Source of the DNA: Somniosus microcephalus
Lineage: Eukaryota
Direction of reading: 5' to 3'
DNA: 64,000 nt
Assembly (NCBI GenBank): GCA_052327205.1
Contig: JBMRGM010000043.1
Span: 31,806,001-31,870,000, forward strand
Below, one piece after another: positions 13,181 through 26,368 of the stretch; positions within the stretch are counted from its first letter, which is position 1, and each line of letters starts with the position of its first letter. The translations under genes were made by a program, and so were the position numbers. The notes under the pieces are model-generated. The model was not told the DNA's origin. It did no database searches and was given only the letters and a program-made list of their open reading frames with translations.

Positions 13181-13919
13181 GTTGGTCACTGGCGTTGTTG
13201 TTTTCCTCTGAATTTTCAGGCTGAAAGATGCAAACGATTCCAAGAACATTCCATTTCCAGAAAAATTCTGTGGAAATCGTTTAAATATTTGCAATTATTG
13301 AGAAAACATTCAGTTGTGTGAACTCTTGTCAATCACACCCTCGGTTAAGTGTAAGGGCTTCGAGTGCCAATAAATCCGTGCGAGGGGAGGTGTCCCTTTT
13401 GGTTGCTCCTGGAAAGAATCGGGAATTGTCGTTGGTGAACCTTTGCGACTTATTTCGCTGCTCGCTAGCTGCTGTGCCATGTCTTGGACATCTCCATACT
13501 TATATCACTAGGCCTTTTTTGGGATAACAACCTGAAAGAGGTTAGAATGTGGATCTCACTACCACAAGGAGCAGTAGAGGAAAATACCGGAGATGTATGT
13601 AAGGTGAGATAAACAAATGAGAGAGAAAGTGATAGGAGGATTTGTTGATCGGGTAGATGATGAAGGGTGGGATGAGGCAAGTGTGGAATTTTAACACCTG
13701 AATGCACCAGTTGGGTCGAATGGTCTGCTTCTGTGCTGCAAATACTGTGTACAATGCACTATTAGTTTGGTGCGGGTCTTCCACAAAATGTTCCTATCCC
13801 TTTGGCCTTGCGTGCCCGAAGAGAAGGGGATTTATGATGAACACTGTTGGTGGCACTTGCGCTGGGATAATCTGCCAAACTAAGTCTTCCTGAGGATCCG
13901 TGGGTATCCTAAAATGAGA

Positions 13920-15425
13920 AGGATTGCATAGGATTACATAGAATTACATAGGATATACGGCACAGAAAAAGAACATTTAGCCCAACCTGTCCATGCCAGC
14001 ATTTATGATCCAGTCGAGCCTCCTCCCGTCTTTGTGTTTGTCCAGCCTCCCCGTAAATGTGACTATAATATTCGCTTCAACCACTCCCTGTGGTAGCGAG
14101 CTCCACATTCTCGCCACTCTCTGGGTAAAGAAGTTTCTTCTGAATTCCCTATTGGATTTTTTGGTGACTATCTTATATTGATGGCTTCTAGTTATGTTCT
14201 TCCTCACAAGTGGAAACATTCTCTCTGTATCCACTCTATCAAATCTTTCATAATTTTAAAGACCTCTATTTGATCACCCCTAAACCTTTTTTCAAGAGAA
14301 GAGTGAACCAGCCTGTTCATCCTTTCCTGATATGTATACCCTCGCATTTCTTGTATCATCCTTGTAAATCTTCTGAAGTGCCTCTATATCCTTTTTATAA
14401 AATGGCGACCGGAACTGTACGTAATACTCTAAGTGTGATCTAAACAAGGTTCGATAAATGTTTAGCATAACCTCCCTATTTTTCAATTCTGTACCTCCAG
14501 AAATAACCCTGGTGCTTGGTTTGCTTTTTGTATGGCCCTGCTAACCTCGTTGCAACATCTAGCGAATTGAGTATTTATACTCCTAGAACCCTTTGTTCCT
14601 CTACCGCACCTAGACTCGCACCATCCAAGTGAAAAGTGACTTCTCTATTCTTCCTACCAAAATGTATTACCTCACATTTATTCGTGTTGAAATTCATTTG
14701 CCAATGATATGCCCATTCTGCAAGTATATTAATGTCCTCCTGTAATTTGTTGCAGCCCTCCTCAGTATTGTCTATCCCCCCCAAATTGGTATCATCTGCC
14801 AATTTAGAAATTGTGCTGTTGACTCCAAAGTCTAAATCGTTAATGTAAATTGTGAACTGCAGTTGTTTCAGCACTGATCCTTGTGGAACACCACTACCCA
14901 CCTTCTGCCACTGTGAATATCTACCCTTTACTCCCACTCTCTGGTTTCTGGCTTGAAGCCAGCCAGCAATCCTTTCTGTTACTTGCCCCCTGACTCTGCA
15001 TTCTCTCATCAGTCTATTATAGGGTGCATTGTCAAATTAATTTGGAAAATCCAGAAAAATTACATCTACTGCATTACCATTGTCTATTTTCTCAGTTACC
15101 TCTTCAAAAAATGAAATAAGGAAGATCAAGCAAGACGTTAATTTTGAAATCCACGCATTACATTTTTAGTTTCTAAATGTTCATCTCCTTTCTCCATTAT
15201 TAGGAATTCCATTATTTTTCCTACCACCAATGTTAAGCGGACTGGTCTATAATTCCCTGGAAATGTTCCAACCCTCTTCTTAGATATCGGTATTATGTTA
15301 ACTACCTGCCAGTCCTCTGGCAGTACAGCTTTTTCTAACGAATTATTAAATATGAGTAGTAATGCATCTGCTATCTCTTCCCTAGATTATTTTAAACGCA
15401 TTGATGCAATCTATCTGGACCTGAA
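13920..15425 (-). mobile_element. CR1 LINE, specific to copy 1
   Basis: ORFs 14575-15009 (GVPQGSVL, INDLD, ADDT), 14292-14486 and 13977-14234; absent at about 45860. Confidence 0.92.
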
Positions 15426-15823
15426 GAATGTAGAGAACTATTTCACAAAACTTTCTAGCCAAATCCCCGCCTGCCGCTGGTGTGTACTGCAGCCATTCGA
15501 ACTGCTGGTGTTCGGCCGCAACCTGAGAGCCCCATTTTACAGTGAACATGAGACTAGTGGCAGTGCTCTCGGGCCTACTGATGTGCGCCTGTTACTGCCC
15601 TATGGAGAGCAGCGTCAGCCTGTCCCAGCTTACGTGGATCTCTTGCTAATTGATGGGAGATTGTACCTGAGTCAGGAGTATAGCTGGGGCCTGGAAGATT
15701 TGGGGCACTCTTTCCCTTATGTTCACAACGCACCTCTGGCACCCTGTGCCCGCTGGGCGTCTCAAAGCAAAATGAGCTGGATGCCCTCCTTCCAGAATCT
15801 GGTGGGGTGGGTGGAATGCTCCT

Positions 15824-16185
15824 CACAGAGTCACAGAATCACAGAAACCCCACAGTGCAGATAGAGGCCATTTCGGCCCATCGAGCCTGCACCGACACAT
15901 ATCCCACCCGATCCCCGTAACCCCTACACCAACACATATCCCACCCGATCCCTGTAACCCCACGTATTTAATCCCCCTAACACTAAGGGTCAATTTATCA
16001 TAGCCAATCAACCTAACCCGCACATCTTTGGACTGTGGGAGGAAACCGGAGCACCCGGAGAAAACCCACGCAAACACGGGGAAAATGTGCAAACTCCACA
16101 CAGACAGTCACCCGAGGCCGGATTCGAACCCGGGTCCCTGGCGCTGTGAGGCAACAGTGCTAACCACTATGCCACCGTGCTGCCC
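15824..16185 (-). mobile_element. HE1/V-SINE-like tRNA SINE
   Basis: A-box tggcatagtgg, B-box gttcgaatcc, V-domain tggagtttgcac, (tgattctg)n tail. Confidence 0.88.
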
Positions 16186-16213
16186 TGGACCAGTATTAGG
16201 ACCAATGCTCTTT

Positions 16214-16526
16214 CACAGAATCACAGAAACCCCACAGTGCAGATAGAGGTCATTTCAGCCCATCGAGCCTGCACCGACACATATCCCACCCGATCCCCGT
16301 AACCCCAACACATATCCCACCCTATCCCCGCGTATTTAATCCCTCTAACACTAAGGGTCAATTTATCATAGCCAATCATCCTGTGGGAGGAAACCGGAGC
16401 ACCCGGAGAAAACCCACGCAAACACGGGGAGAATGTGCAAACGCGACACAGACAGTCACCAGGAGGCCGGATTCGAACCCGGGTCCCTGGTGCTGTGAGG
16501 CAACAGTGCTAACCACTATGCCACCT
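16214..16526 (-). mobile_element. HE1/V-SINE-like SINE, second tandem copy
   Basis: Near-identical to 15824 with small internal deletions. Confidence 0.88.
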
Positions 16527-16935
16527 TCCGGTGGAGTTTCCTATGATTGAAATCAGTGGAATGCATATACAGCGGGTTCAGTAAGCAATAAGTGATCCTT
16601 AATGTCGGGTTTGCTATCCCCTTATCTGTTTAGGTGTAGCTTAACCACCTAATATAGATTATTTTCAGAGTTCCAACATATGAAGAGCTGGGCCAAATAG
16701 TGGGGAAGTGCTTCACGAGGAGAACAATATCAGTAAACCGCAATTGGAACCATCAGTAAATTCAGCACCAACTGTCCACTTGTTCCTTTCTTTGCTTCAT
16801 TTGTCCCAGACTTGATTGGACTTGGGTTTGAGGTTAAAAAACGTGTCTAATGTATTCGGGCTGTTGTAGAAGCTGTTCTCAGTTTGAGTTAAGCATTGTT
16901 AAACTTTAACTGCGAAATTTTGTTCTCAACATTAG

Positions 16936-17183
16936 ATGGCGATGTATCCTTCCAGGTCGACCCACCTTCGGTTTTGGAAGGAGATGTTCTGATTCTGAAT
17001 TGTCGGTACAGATACTATTATTGGAGCAATAAAGGTGTTGGCTTTTACAAAGGCAATAGAAGGATTCACTCAATGACGTTGAATAATCCTAAAGCATTAG
17101 AGTGAAAAGTTCAAAAGACAGCGGATCGTACCATTGTACTTTTGACAAGATGAAATCTCGAAGTGTTCATATTCACGTTCAGG
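16936..17183 (+). pseudogene. Gene 1 Ig3 exon, frameshifted
   Basis: 10-nt deletion relative to copy 2 near 17095 gives TGA at 17103-17105. Confidence 0.88.
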
Positions 17184-17974
17184 GTTCGTATGCAATATTT
17201 CAATTTGTGATATCCCCTCTTTAATAGTTATACGTTCTACAGGTCCGAAAAGTTCTAAATCTGTACAACAATATACATAGCTCTGTAAACACAGAATAAT
17301 GTGTTCGAATTAGGTCATATGATGTTTATCTAAAAACGTGCTACTATAATCGATATTTAACCCAAGGGCAGGTGTCCTCCTGTGCCAGCTCCGGCAGATT
17401 TATTCATCTTCCTGCCCAACTGGCGACTTACCCCACCCTATCACATCTAGAGGCTGATGGGAAGTTTTCTCCAAAGAAACCGAAATATGATGCTGCCTCT
17501 CCTCAACAACCATGAAGTGGAGTTGACAAAAGGTACAAGCAGGTCCTCGTGAGCTCTTGGAACTGCAGTGGTGGGTCTGCTGACGGTCTTTCTGGAAGGA
17601 TAGAATGAGCAGTGCACTGTGCTTCTCCCTCTATTGCTCTTTTCACTTACATGTTTGTCGTGGATTGAGTCACAAACTCCTAATAAAACCTGGCAGATGA
17701 TTCGCTCGTATATCCTTGTCTTCGCATGTTATATCATCACTGATCCATCGCCCTGGCCATCAGAATCCTGAGTCTTTGTAATTTCAGATGATGACAGCTG
17801 AGCTGATGGCTGGCTGGGGACAGAGCGATGTAGCTGTGATCATTTGTGGCATTCACCCTGGTCATAGTAGATGGTGAGATGCAACAGAGAATGGCTAAAA
17901 GAGAAAAGATCTAAGGGAGGTTTCCTGCTGAAACATAAGTCTTGTCCTGTTTGGAATTCCAGTTTCAGCATATT

Positions 17975-19218
17975 GGCCCAGTAATTCCTCTCTGAGCGCG
18001 TGAGTACGGTCGGGGTACTCACGCGTCTGGCCGGAGGAAATGCCCGTGTTCAGCATGCACAGCGCATGCGGGGAAAACCGGCATTTCCAGTCCTCTGAAC
18101 GAAGGGGTTCAGAGGCACAGCGCATGCGACTGCACAGGCAGCGCTTACGCAGTGAACTTTGTCGATTTCATTCATGGATTCAGTGAGGGTAAGTCCTTAC
18201 AAGTTACACTTGAAAAAAGCATGTGTGAAGTTGCTCCAAGGCTGCGGAGGAAGATATATTTTATCGTGGAGATTCTGAAAGGCAATATTTTTGTTTGGGA
18301 AAGGGAGGAAAGTTATTTTAAGAAATGCTGAGGTAAGTTTTAAAGTTTAAATTTTTTTTTTTTAAACGGGTTTTCAGTACGGTAGGTAGAAAGAGCAATT
18401 GTGGCTGTGTGAATTGAATGTGAGAATGAGTGTTCTAAAATGAGTAATGTAACATTTCCAACACTTTTAAGAAAGAAACTTTTCATCAGTAATAAGTAAT
18501 TATGTATGTATGTCCGCATATATTCCTTTACGTATATATATGTATGTTTTATATTCTTTTTCTTATGTGTATGAATGTATGTTTTTAATTATGATTTTCC
18601 AATAAGTTACTTTCTCTGAAAGTCATAATTAAATACATACATTCATACACATAAGTAAAGGAATATATACATACACGCAAAGGAATATATACAGACATAC
18701 ATACATAATTACTTAAAAGAATATATTACTGATGACAAGTTTCTTTCTTAAAAATGTTGGAGTCATTTTCACATTTAATAAACACAGCAAATTCAATTCA
18801 CATAGCCACAATTGATCCTTCCACCTACAGTACTGAAAACCTGTTTTAAAAAACAAAAATAAACTTTAAAACTTACCTCAGCATTTCTTAAAATAACTTT
18901 CCTCCCTAGCCTTTCAGAAGCTCCACGATAAGAAATATCTTCCTCCGCAGCCTCTGGAGCAACTGTACTCATGCTTTTTTCATGTGTAAGTTGTAAGGAC
19001 TTGACCTCACTGAAAGCATGAATGAAAGCGGCGAATTTTACTGCGCACGCGCTGCCTGTACAGTCGCACGCGTTCTGCCTCTGAACCCCTTCGTTCAGAG
19101 GACAGGAAATGCCGGTTTTCCCCGCATGCGCTGTGCATGCTGAAAACCGGCATTTCCTCCAGCCAGACTCGTAAGCACCCCGACCGTACTCGCGCGTTTG
19201 GAAGGGAATTACTGGGCC
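17975..19218. mobile_element. Foldback or MITE element (PIF/Harbinger-like), about 1.25 kb palindrome
   Basis: Ends ggcccagtaattcc and ggaattactgggcc; arms complementary nearly to the centre at about 18610; absent from copy 2. Confidence 0.85.
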
Positions 19219-19224
19219 AACATT

Positions 19225-20700
19225 TTACATGTCAATAAAATGAAAAATTTAACAATTGCACGATTTGCCCCTCGCATCTGCGACTGAGGGTCCAAGGAGG
19301 TGCATTGCGCAAGAGGTCATCGTCGTACGTATCCTCACACTGTTCCCTTTCGGGAACTGTATGAAGTGGTGGAAGGATTTCTGGCCACGTTAACACTTCT
19401 TCCGTGACCATAACCATCTTCATACCAGCCATTAGGGTGGTTAGTCCTATGGCGTGAGGGTTTTACGGGCTCCCACAACACATCTGAGGGGGGGGCACCC
19501 ACACCCGCGGACACAAGTATCCCGCTGGATGTCCACCCAGAATTTATAGTTGGAGCTCCGACTCCACTTGCCGGGACTGTCTGGAGCGGGGTTTGAAACC
19601 CTACTCCTTCTGGCCCAGCAGCGGGGTTGCTTACCGCTACGCAAAAGGCCCACTCCGCGCAAAAGGTGACACCCATACGTTTCCTGCGCCTTTTCCCTCC
19701 GCGTGACTGGAGCCCTATGCTGCCACTTGAAAGACCAAGCAATCATCTGTCCTTTTTGCGGCGCCTTTGACTTCTCATTACCGATGATGAGCAGGCGCTG
19801 CGCCTCCACCTCGTTGAGGAGATTGCTGAGGTCATCATCAGTTCAATTGTGAGTTCTTTTAATGCCGTGAATTTTGCTCATTCCAGCCACTTCACGTTGC
19901 TAATCGGATTGGGCCTTTGGCGTAGCAGTAGGATCCCTGCCGCTGGGCCAGACGGGGTAGGGTTTCCGAACCCCGCTTCCAGACAGTCCCGGCAAGTGGA
20001 GTCGGAGCTCCGGCTCTAAATTCTGGGTTGACATCCAGTGGGATATTTGCGTCTGTGGGTGTGGGTGGCCCCCCCTCCTTGTATAGCTTGTGGGAGCCCA
20101 TAAAACCCTCCCGCCATAGGACTAACCACCCTAATGGCTGGTTCAAAGATGGTTACAGTCACGGAATGAGCGTTAATCACGGCCATAAATCCTTCCACCA
20201 CTTCATACAGTTCCCCAAAGGGAACAGTGTGAAGGCACGTATGACGACGACATTGCTAAATAAATAAATGGAATAAAAAAAAATCTTTTACGTCTTTTAA
20301 AAGTCTTTAAATTGCTTTAATTCTGTTTAAAACTACTTCAGATTCTTCAAAATAATGTAAACGTTTTTAAAAGTTTATAAAAGTTACCAAAAGCTTCATA
20401 AAAATACCAAAAACCTATTTAAAATGCTGCTTTGCATGTAAAAATGCTTAGCAGCTTGTGAGAAACATTGGGGGCGTGTCCTATTAAACTGAGACCTCAA
20501 GGGGCGTGTCTCAGTTGCACAGCGCGCTCCAGGCTTCGCGCTGGCTGCACTCCTGGGCGGCGTGACGTCAGACGCTGCCCGGGAGTCAACATTTTAAAAC
20601 AGCAATTCCAGGCGTCCCTGAAGCTCAACGGCCGGCGCGTCGGGTAAGTGCAGATCGGGGGCTTACACGCGCGGCAAGCCCCCGACCCGAATTTCTGGGC
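19225..20700 (-). mobile_element. Rearranged PIF/Harbinger derivative with a Myb/SANT-like ORF remnant
   Basis: Terminal gaatttctgggc resembles the adjacent TIR; minus strand reads KRTHN*TDDDLSNLLNEVEAQRLLIIG...W...RKR; internal inverted arms of about 330 bp. Confidence 0.6.
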
Positions 20701-20932
20701 AATAAATTAAGCAGATTAAGTTCTCCGCAATAAAAGCAGCGAGAGGAATTCCACAACAATATAATAATGCTTCCAGCTCTAGTGTTCCACAATACAGCTG
20801 CTGGCTACCATTAATTGTAAACAACCCTCGTGGCGATTCTCGGTATTGCCTTTCTCCTATTAATAAGCTCTGCTGTTTGTTTACCTCAGTGATAGGAACT
20901 GTTACCTGTCAATCCAGATTCTGTTTTCACTG

Positions 20933-21212
20933 AACTCTTCCCCAAACCTAAACTGAGGACTGACCCTACAGTTGAAATATTTGAGGTACACCAGTTAGTA
21001 TTCATCTGTATTATTGAAACAATGCCGTACAGTAATGGGCTTCAATACTCATTTTACAAAAATTAGCGAAGCTCTGATATTGACTGAATACAACAACTTT
21101 AAGCTCACGGAGACAGCTTGTTTGAAGGATTCGGGGACTTACCTGTGTGAAGCAAATGTTTCCTACCGCGGTGTGAAAAAGAAGAGTGATGAGGTTTCCA
21201 TTGAGGTTAAAG
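20933..21212 (+). pseudogene. Gene 1 Ig4 exon, disrupted
   Basis: Acceptor cacAG changed to cacTG (20931-20932); +1 insertion gives TAG at 21064-21066. Confidence 0.88.
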
Positions 21213-22520
21213 GTAAGGACAGCCAGCTGTAATTATTGTTGATTGAAAGGATTCTTCAGGGGATTATAGTTAAATAAACATACGAGAGCGATCCAGCCTG
21301 GTAAAGGATTTATCCACAAGTTTATCAGGTAATAAATAAATTTTGAATGCAACCTGTTTAAATCATTGCGCCATCTGGTTCTTACACTATCCATACATTT
21401 GCTGAAAACCGAAATTGTAAAAGCTGCAACGTTTGAGGACCAGTGCCCACTCCCTGTGCTTCCTGCAACAGTGTGGAATTGGGCGATATTGAATTTACCT
21501 CCCATTATATGTCCCGCCCGTTTTGCCTCCATTAATCTTCAATGGACAGAAAAATCTTGTGTTCTGTGGAATTGGTGCAAGATCCGAAACCGTGCGTTTT
21601 AACCCATGGCCCGAAAGTAAAGTTACCTCCTCTGTTTCTGTCTGGCAGATTCAGCAGCGAGCAATACCTGGTCAGGAACAGCAGGGTGATTAATCAGACA
21701 ACGCCTTATCACTTACTAGCCCCGGAAATATTTTATATTTGAAAACTCGGGGGTAAAATTTAACATTGAGAGCGCTAATGTTGATCGGCAGAAAATGGAA
21801 TAGAAATTGGCCTGTGTTTATAAAGGGTGATCAATCTGCTACCACCGATTTTGCTCCCCAGACAAACTTGAATTTTCACCCCCTCCAATTTCAGTAGATG
21901 TGGAGGCAAAATGCTCGAGGTCACTAAAGTCTGTGCCTCTGATGCCCGGAGATTCCTTTCCACTCCATTAGATCCGGCCAATCGTATCTCTATCTTCGCA
22001 TTTTCAATGGAGCAGGCAATCAGAAAATAAGGTGGGAGTTATCAATCCTCTGTCGACAGTGGATTTCAGAAAAATTGTATTGTCAGTAGCTGAGCGTTAA
22101 ACATGAATGTCCTAAAATGTGCATTTGCTGCAACAATGACCAAGGATATTTCAGTATTTAAGACCGGGGAGTAAAGCATCGCCTGGGCGGAGAGCAGAGT
22201 TCAAATGATGGGGTTGTGGGGGTGGGGTGTTGGGGGATAATCTCACTGGACCCGCACGATGTTTCTTCCATTCATTTCAAGGGAAGGGCTAACTTGTTCC
22301 CAAATCTAGCCACGACAGGATGTTCAGCTCTCAGGTGATAACTTTGTTGGTGTCCCGAACTGCAAATTCCTGTAGCAGAGCGCAATCAAGGATTATTGAA
22401 AGTCTCTTTCTGTGGCGTTTCATTGTTCTGCTCATTAACGTGAGTTGTCCAAACACATAAATTGTTAAGTCTGTGATGGATGTGGAACCCGGAAAATCCA
22501 TATATAATTCTATTTTATAG

Positions 22521-23167
22521 AGGTCTTCACAGAAATCACAGAAATCACAGAAACCCCACAGTGCAGATAGAGGCCATTTCGGCCCATCGAGCCTGCACCG
22601 ACACATATCCCACCCGATCCCTGTAACCCCTACACCAACACATATCCCACCCTATCCCCGTAACCCCACGTATTTAATCCCCCTAACACTAAGGGTCAAT
22701 TTATCATAGCCAATCAACCTAACCCGCACATCTTTGGACTGTGGGAGGAAACCGGAGCACCCGGAGGAAACCCACGCAAACACGGGGCGAATGTGCAAAC
22801 TCCACACAGACAGTCACCCGAGGCCGGATTCGAACCCGGGTCCCTGGCGCTGTGAGGCAACAGTGCTAACCACTATGCACCGTGCTGCAGGTCTTCTCCA
22901 AACCTACATTGAGGGCTGAGTCTGGAGCTCAATTACTTGAGGGCCAGCAGTTAAATCTCGCCTGTTTGGTTACAATATTTCGATCCAGTACTTCCTTGAG
23001 ACTCGTATTTTACAAAGATGGACCAGCTCTCACTTCAGCGGCAGACCACAACTATTACATCAAGAAGATATCTCGGCCGGACGATTCGGGGATTTACCGG
23101 TGTGAAGCAACTACTTTCAACAGTGAGGTGAAGAAACTGAGCAACCAGGTTTCCGTTTCAGTCAGAG
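22521..23167 (+). pseudogene. Gene 1 Ig5 exon interrupted by a SINE
   Basis: First 8 exon nt AGGTCTTC duplicated at 22521-22528 and 22889-22896 around the SINE; remainder open. Confidence 0.88.
22529..22888 (-). mobile_element. HE1/V-SINE-like SINE inside an exon
   Basis: Full length, 8-bp TSD aggtcttc. Confidence 0.92.
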
Positions 23168-23662
23168 GTGAGTAAAATTTACGATAATTATTTATCACTT
23201 TATAATAGAACACGAAAATCATAGAAAACGAGTAGCGCTGATTCAACAGATGACGCCAGGGAAGGAAAACGTTATTCACCAGGATAGACTTGAGCTACAG
23301 GGACTGACAGTACCGAGTTAGCCATGGCTAAGTGTTATGTCATTAGTGTTTTTTACATGCCAATTGCGAGATAGGGCGATTAGGAAAAGCTATTCTTTCT
23401 GATTGCGAAGACAGGAAGGAGAATCAGTAATGTATAATTATCACTAAAAGCGGGAGGGTAGCCCTTCGAAGAACATTTTATGCGTATCTGACTGCTGGAA
23501 CATAGAATGAGTTGCCAGGTGGAGCGGTGGTGTTAGGTACCATTGCATCTAGATATTGTAGTGTTTATGGTACTGGAATAGTGCAGAGTTCATGCCTTTG
23601 ACTAGCAGAATCAGTAGGAATCAGGACCAGGCCAGAGATAGTAGGGTGGCCACAAGTGGATT

Positions 23663-23914
23663 CACAGAATCACAGAAACCCCACAGTGCAGATAGAGGCC
23701 ATTTCGGCCCATCGAGCCTGCACCGACACATATCCCACCCGATCCCCGTAACCCCTACACCAACACATATCCCACCCCTATCCCCGTAACCCCACGTATT
23801 TAATCCCCCTAACACTAAGGGTCAATTTTATCATAGCCAATCAACCTAACCCGCACATCTTTGGACTGTGGGAGGAAACCGGAGCACCCGGAGGAAACCC
23901 ACGCAAACACGGGG
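23663..23914 (-). mobile_element. HE1/V-SINE-like SINE, 5'-truncated
   Basis: Same family, lacks the tRNA head. Confidence 0.88.
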
Positions 23915-24964
23915 ATTGTAGTAGGAATCATTGTAGTTCCAGGATCAGGCTTTACTCTATTAATTCCACCTATTGCTAAAGTAGGAGAGGGGTACGTGCG
24001 CCCAATATAGGTGTGGTAACCTACTGACGAGGCTGTTTATTATGATGAGTGCCCTATTTCACTTTGAATGTTGCAACACAAATTCAACAAAAGCAACGTA
24101 ACTAATAAATGGTAGTATTTACAGGACTCCCAGTGTCAAAACCGGAACTGACAATCAGCCCTTAATACAAGGAGAAACAGCGTCATTAACCTGCTCAGAT
24201 TTAAACCGTAGTGTCCAAGAACGTTAGTTAAAACTGCTATTCAGAAGATTAGAACTAACTTTCTCAAGAGCAATTGGGGATGGGGAACAAATCATGGTCT
24301 TGCCAGCGACGCTCACATCCAGTGAATGAATAAAAGATGAACAGGACTGATGGTACGACACAAGGAAAATTCTGAATTATGAGCTTTCACGAATCCCTTT
24401 ACAGCTTTCCTAAGCTTTAATTATGAACTTGAACTTGCTGAATTATTTCCTGGGGGGGGATTTCGGGAAGCAGTTTGGGAAATTATGTCCAAAGTGGCTA
24501 CAATTTATTTCACTGATGGAGGAGCGATTGGAACTGGTGATCCTAATAGGCCACAATCAAAGAGCTGAAGGATGCAACGATATAGTTAAACTTAGAGGAG
24601 ATATTTCAGAAAGAAGGTGAATACGAGGACATGGAATTCAAATTTGATACAATGGTGGCTGCGGATCCAGATGTTAAAAACGTGTGCGAGTAGAATTTAG
24701 TGCAGAACAGAGACATTTGGATCATCTCGAGTTTGTAGATGGTGGGTTTTGGAGTCCAGAAAGGAAGGCATTGTAATAATCGAATCTCGAGATGAGAAAT
24801 CCATGGATCAGTTTTTTATGACCGAGAGGCTGCGGTGGAGCTGGAGGGAGTCAAGTCACTGCCGATCTGAAATGTATTGCTAATGATACACATGGCGATA
24901 GATTGAATCTGTATTATTTGAAAAGGTGTTATGTTACTCATGAGATATCTTTATTTGATTCCAG

Positions 24965-25066
24965 TGCAGATTCTCACAAACACGATCAGAGCCTTCGTTC
25001 TTACACTTTTCCTTATGGGTGCCCTGATTGCACTGGTTTGGGTCAATCTTCCCACCAAGAAACAAG
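24965..25066 (+). CDS. Gene 1 TM exon with Arg, intact
   Basis: VQILTNTIRAFVLTLFLMGALIALVWVNLPTKKQ; ttccag acceptor, gtgagt donor. Confidence 0.78.
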
Positions 25067-25294
25067 GTGAGTCATGTTTTACAAGCAGGTGATTGGCTAT
25101 ATAGTCACGTGAAGGGATTCAATGTATTTCATATTTAATTGCCACATTCAAATTGTCAGCATATGATTTGGGAAAGAGACGAGTAGTCTGCGTTGGAGAA
25201 AGCAAAGGTTGTTTGCAATGATGAGATCAGAACAGACAGGAGCCCAGTTATGGGGTGAGTTTGCTCGGTCAAGCGAATGTGTTCCCCTGTGTGC

Positions 25295-26368
25295 TGTAGA
25301 GATTCGAGTATCTCTGGTAAACAGGAACGAATGCAAACCAATATGGTGTGTATACCATGTTTAATTGGAGTTTAGCACGGAATATAACACACTAGGAATA
25401 CAGCAAAAACATACGACCGTGACAAGCAGCTGGTACCAGACCCTATTGGATAGACGGCTGGTGTGCGTGAATAGTTCTTTGTCTTCTGGCCTTTATCTCT
25501 CTCCCTCTGGGGCCTTCGATGGTGAGTGTGGGATCACTCTCAAACGTGTGTTCGACCAGCTTGTCGTCTCATTGCAACTTCTGCTCGGCTCACCCCTCCA
25601 CCGTCTGTGTAGGCAAGCACTCGGTGTGTCACTTTCATTCTCTTTTTAGAGGTGTGCCTGAGGCCAAGTTATTGACAAGACCATTTAACCTATAGATGTT
25701 CCTCTAAAGTCTCATCATCCTGTAACACATCATGTCCTTCATCCAATTGCCACTATTGTTCAATCTTTCTGAAGGTTCTTCCTTTGGAATTCGTGTCTTA
25801 GCTCTCTTGTCCCTCTCCTCCTTAACCCAGCATGTACAAGGGCCGACACAATCCCTGTTGTTCATGGCCCCAGCCAAAGCTGTCACACATTCACCAGTCA
25901 CTATTTCACCTTCATCTAGCCAACGGCCCATTCTAAGATGGATAATTCAACCTCCTCAAATTCCTTTCATTCTATGTCTTTTCCAAATTAATTTTTAATT
26001 AACTTTGCAAGCAGTTCTGCTAAACAAACTTCAAATTCTATCTGTAGAGATTATAATATGGTTATTAGTAACAATAGTCGAAACAAAGGTTGGGACTTCA
26101 CTGGCCAAATTAACAAAGTCAAAACCCAAAATTACATACAACAGATATAGCAGGCCTGGCTGGGCGATCCTATGGACCCCTGTGTGGAATGTTTATGCCT
26201 CACCTAATCTAACCGATTAAATTCATTTTCTCAAATTATAAGGCACGTTTTCCAGGAAAAGGAAACTTCATCAGTCACTCACTTCTCTCATGCCGAAACA
26301 TACAGCCATGTAAACACAGTATTATTGGTGTAGCCATATACATTTTTAGCCACCCCTAGTTTCTAACA
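25295..26368 (-). mobile_element. Solo LTR (about 1.07 kb)
   Basis: TGTAGAGA...TTCTAACA ends, 4-bp TSD gtgc, absent from copy 2; orientation tentative. Confidence 0.72.

Noticed and set aside
15295-15864. 189-aa ORF
   Set aside because: Spans CR1 antisense, intron and SINE sequence, and is not conserved in copy 2.
16100-16185. tRNA gene
   Set aside because: The A and B boxes belong to a SINE head.
25284-26186. cccctgtgtg 10-bp direct repeat as a TSD
   Set aside because: Homology to copy 2 resumes only near 26400; the TG..CA ends with the gtgc TSD fit better.
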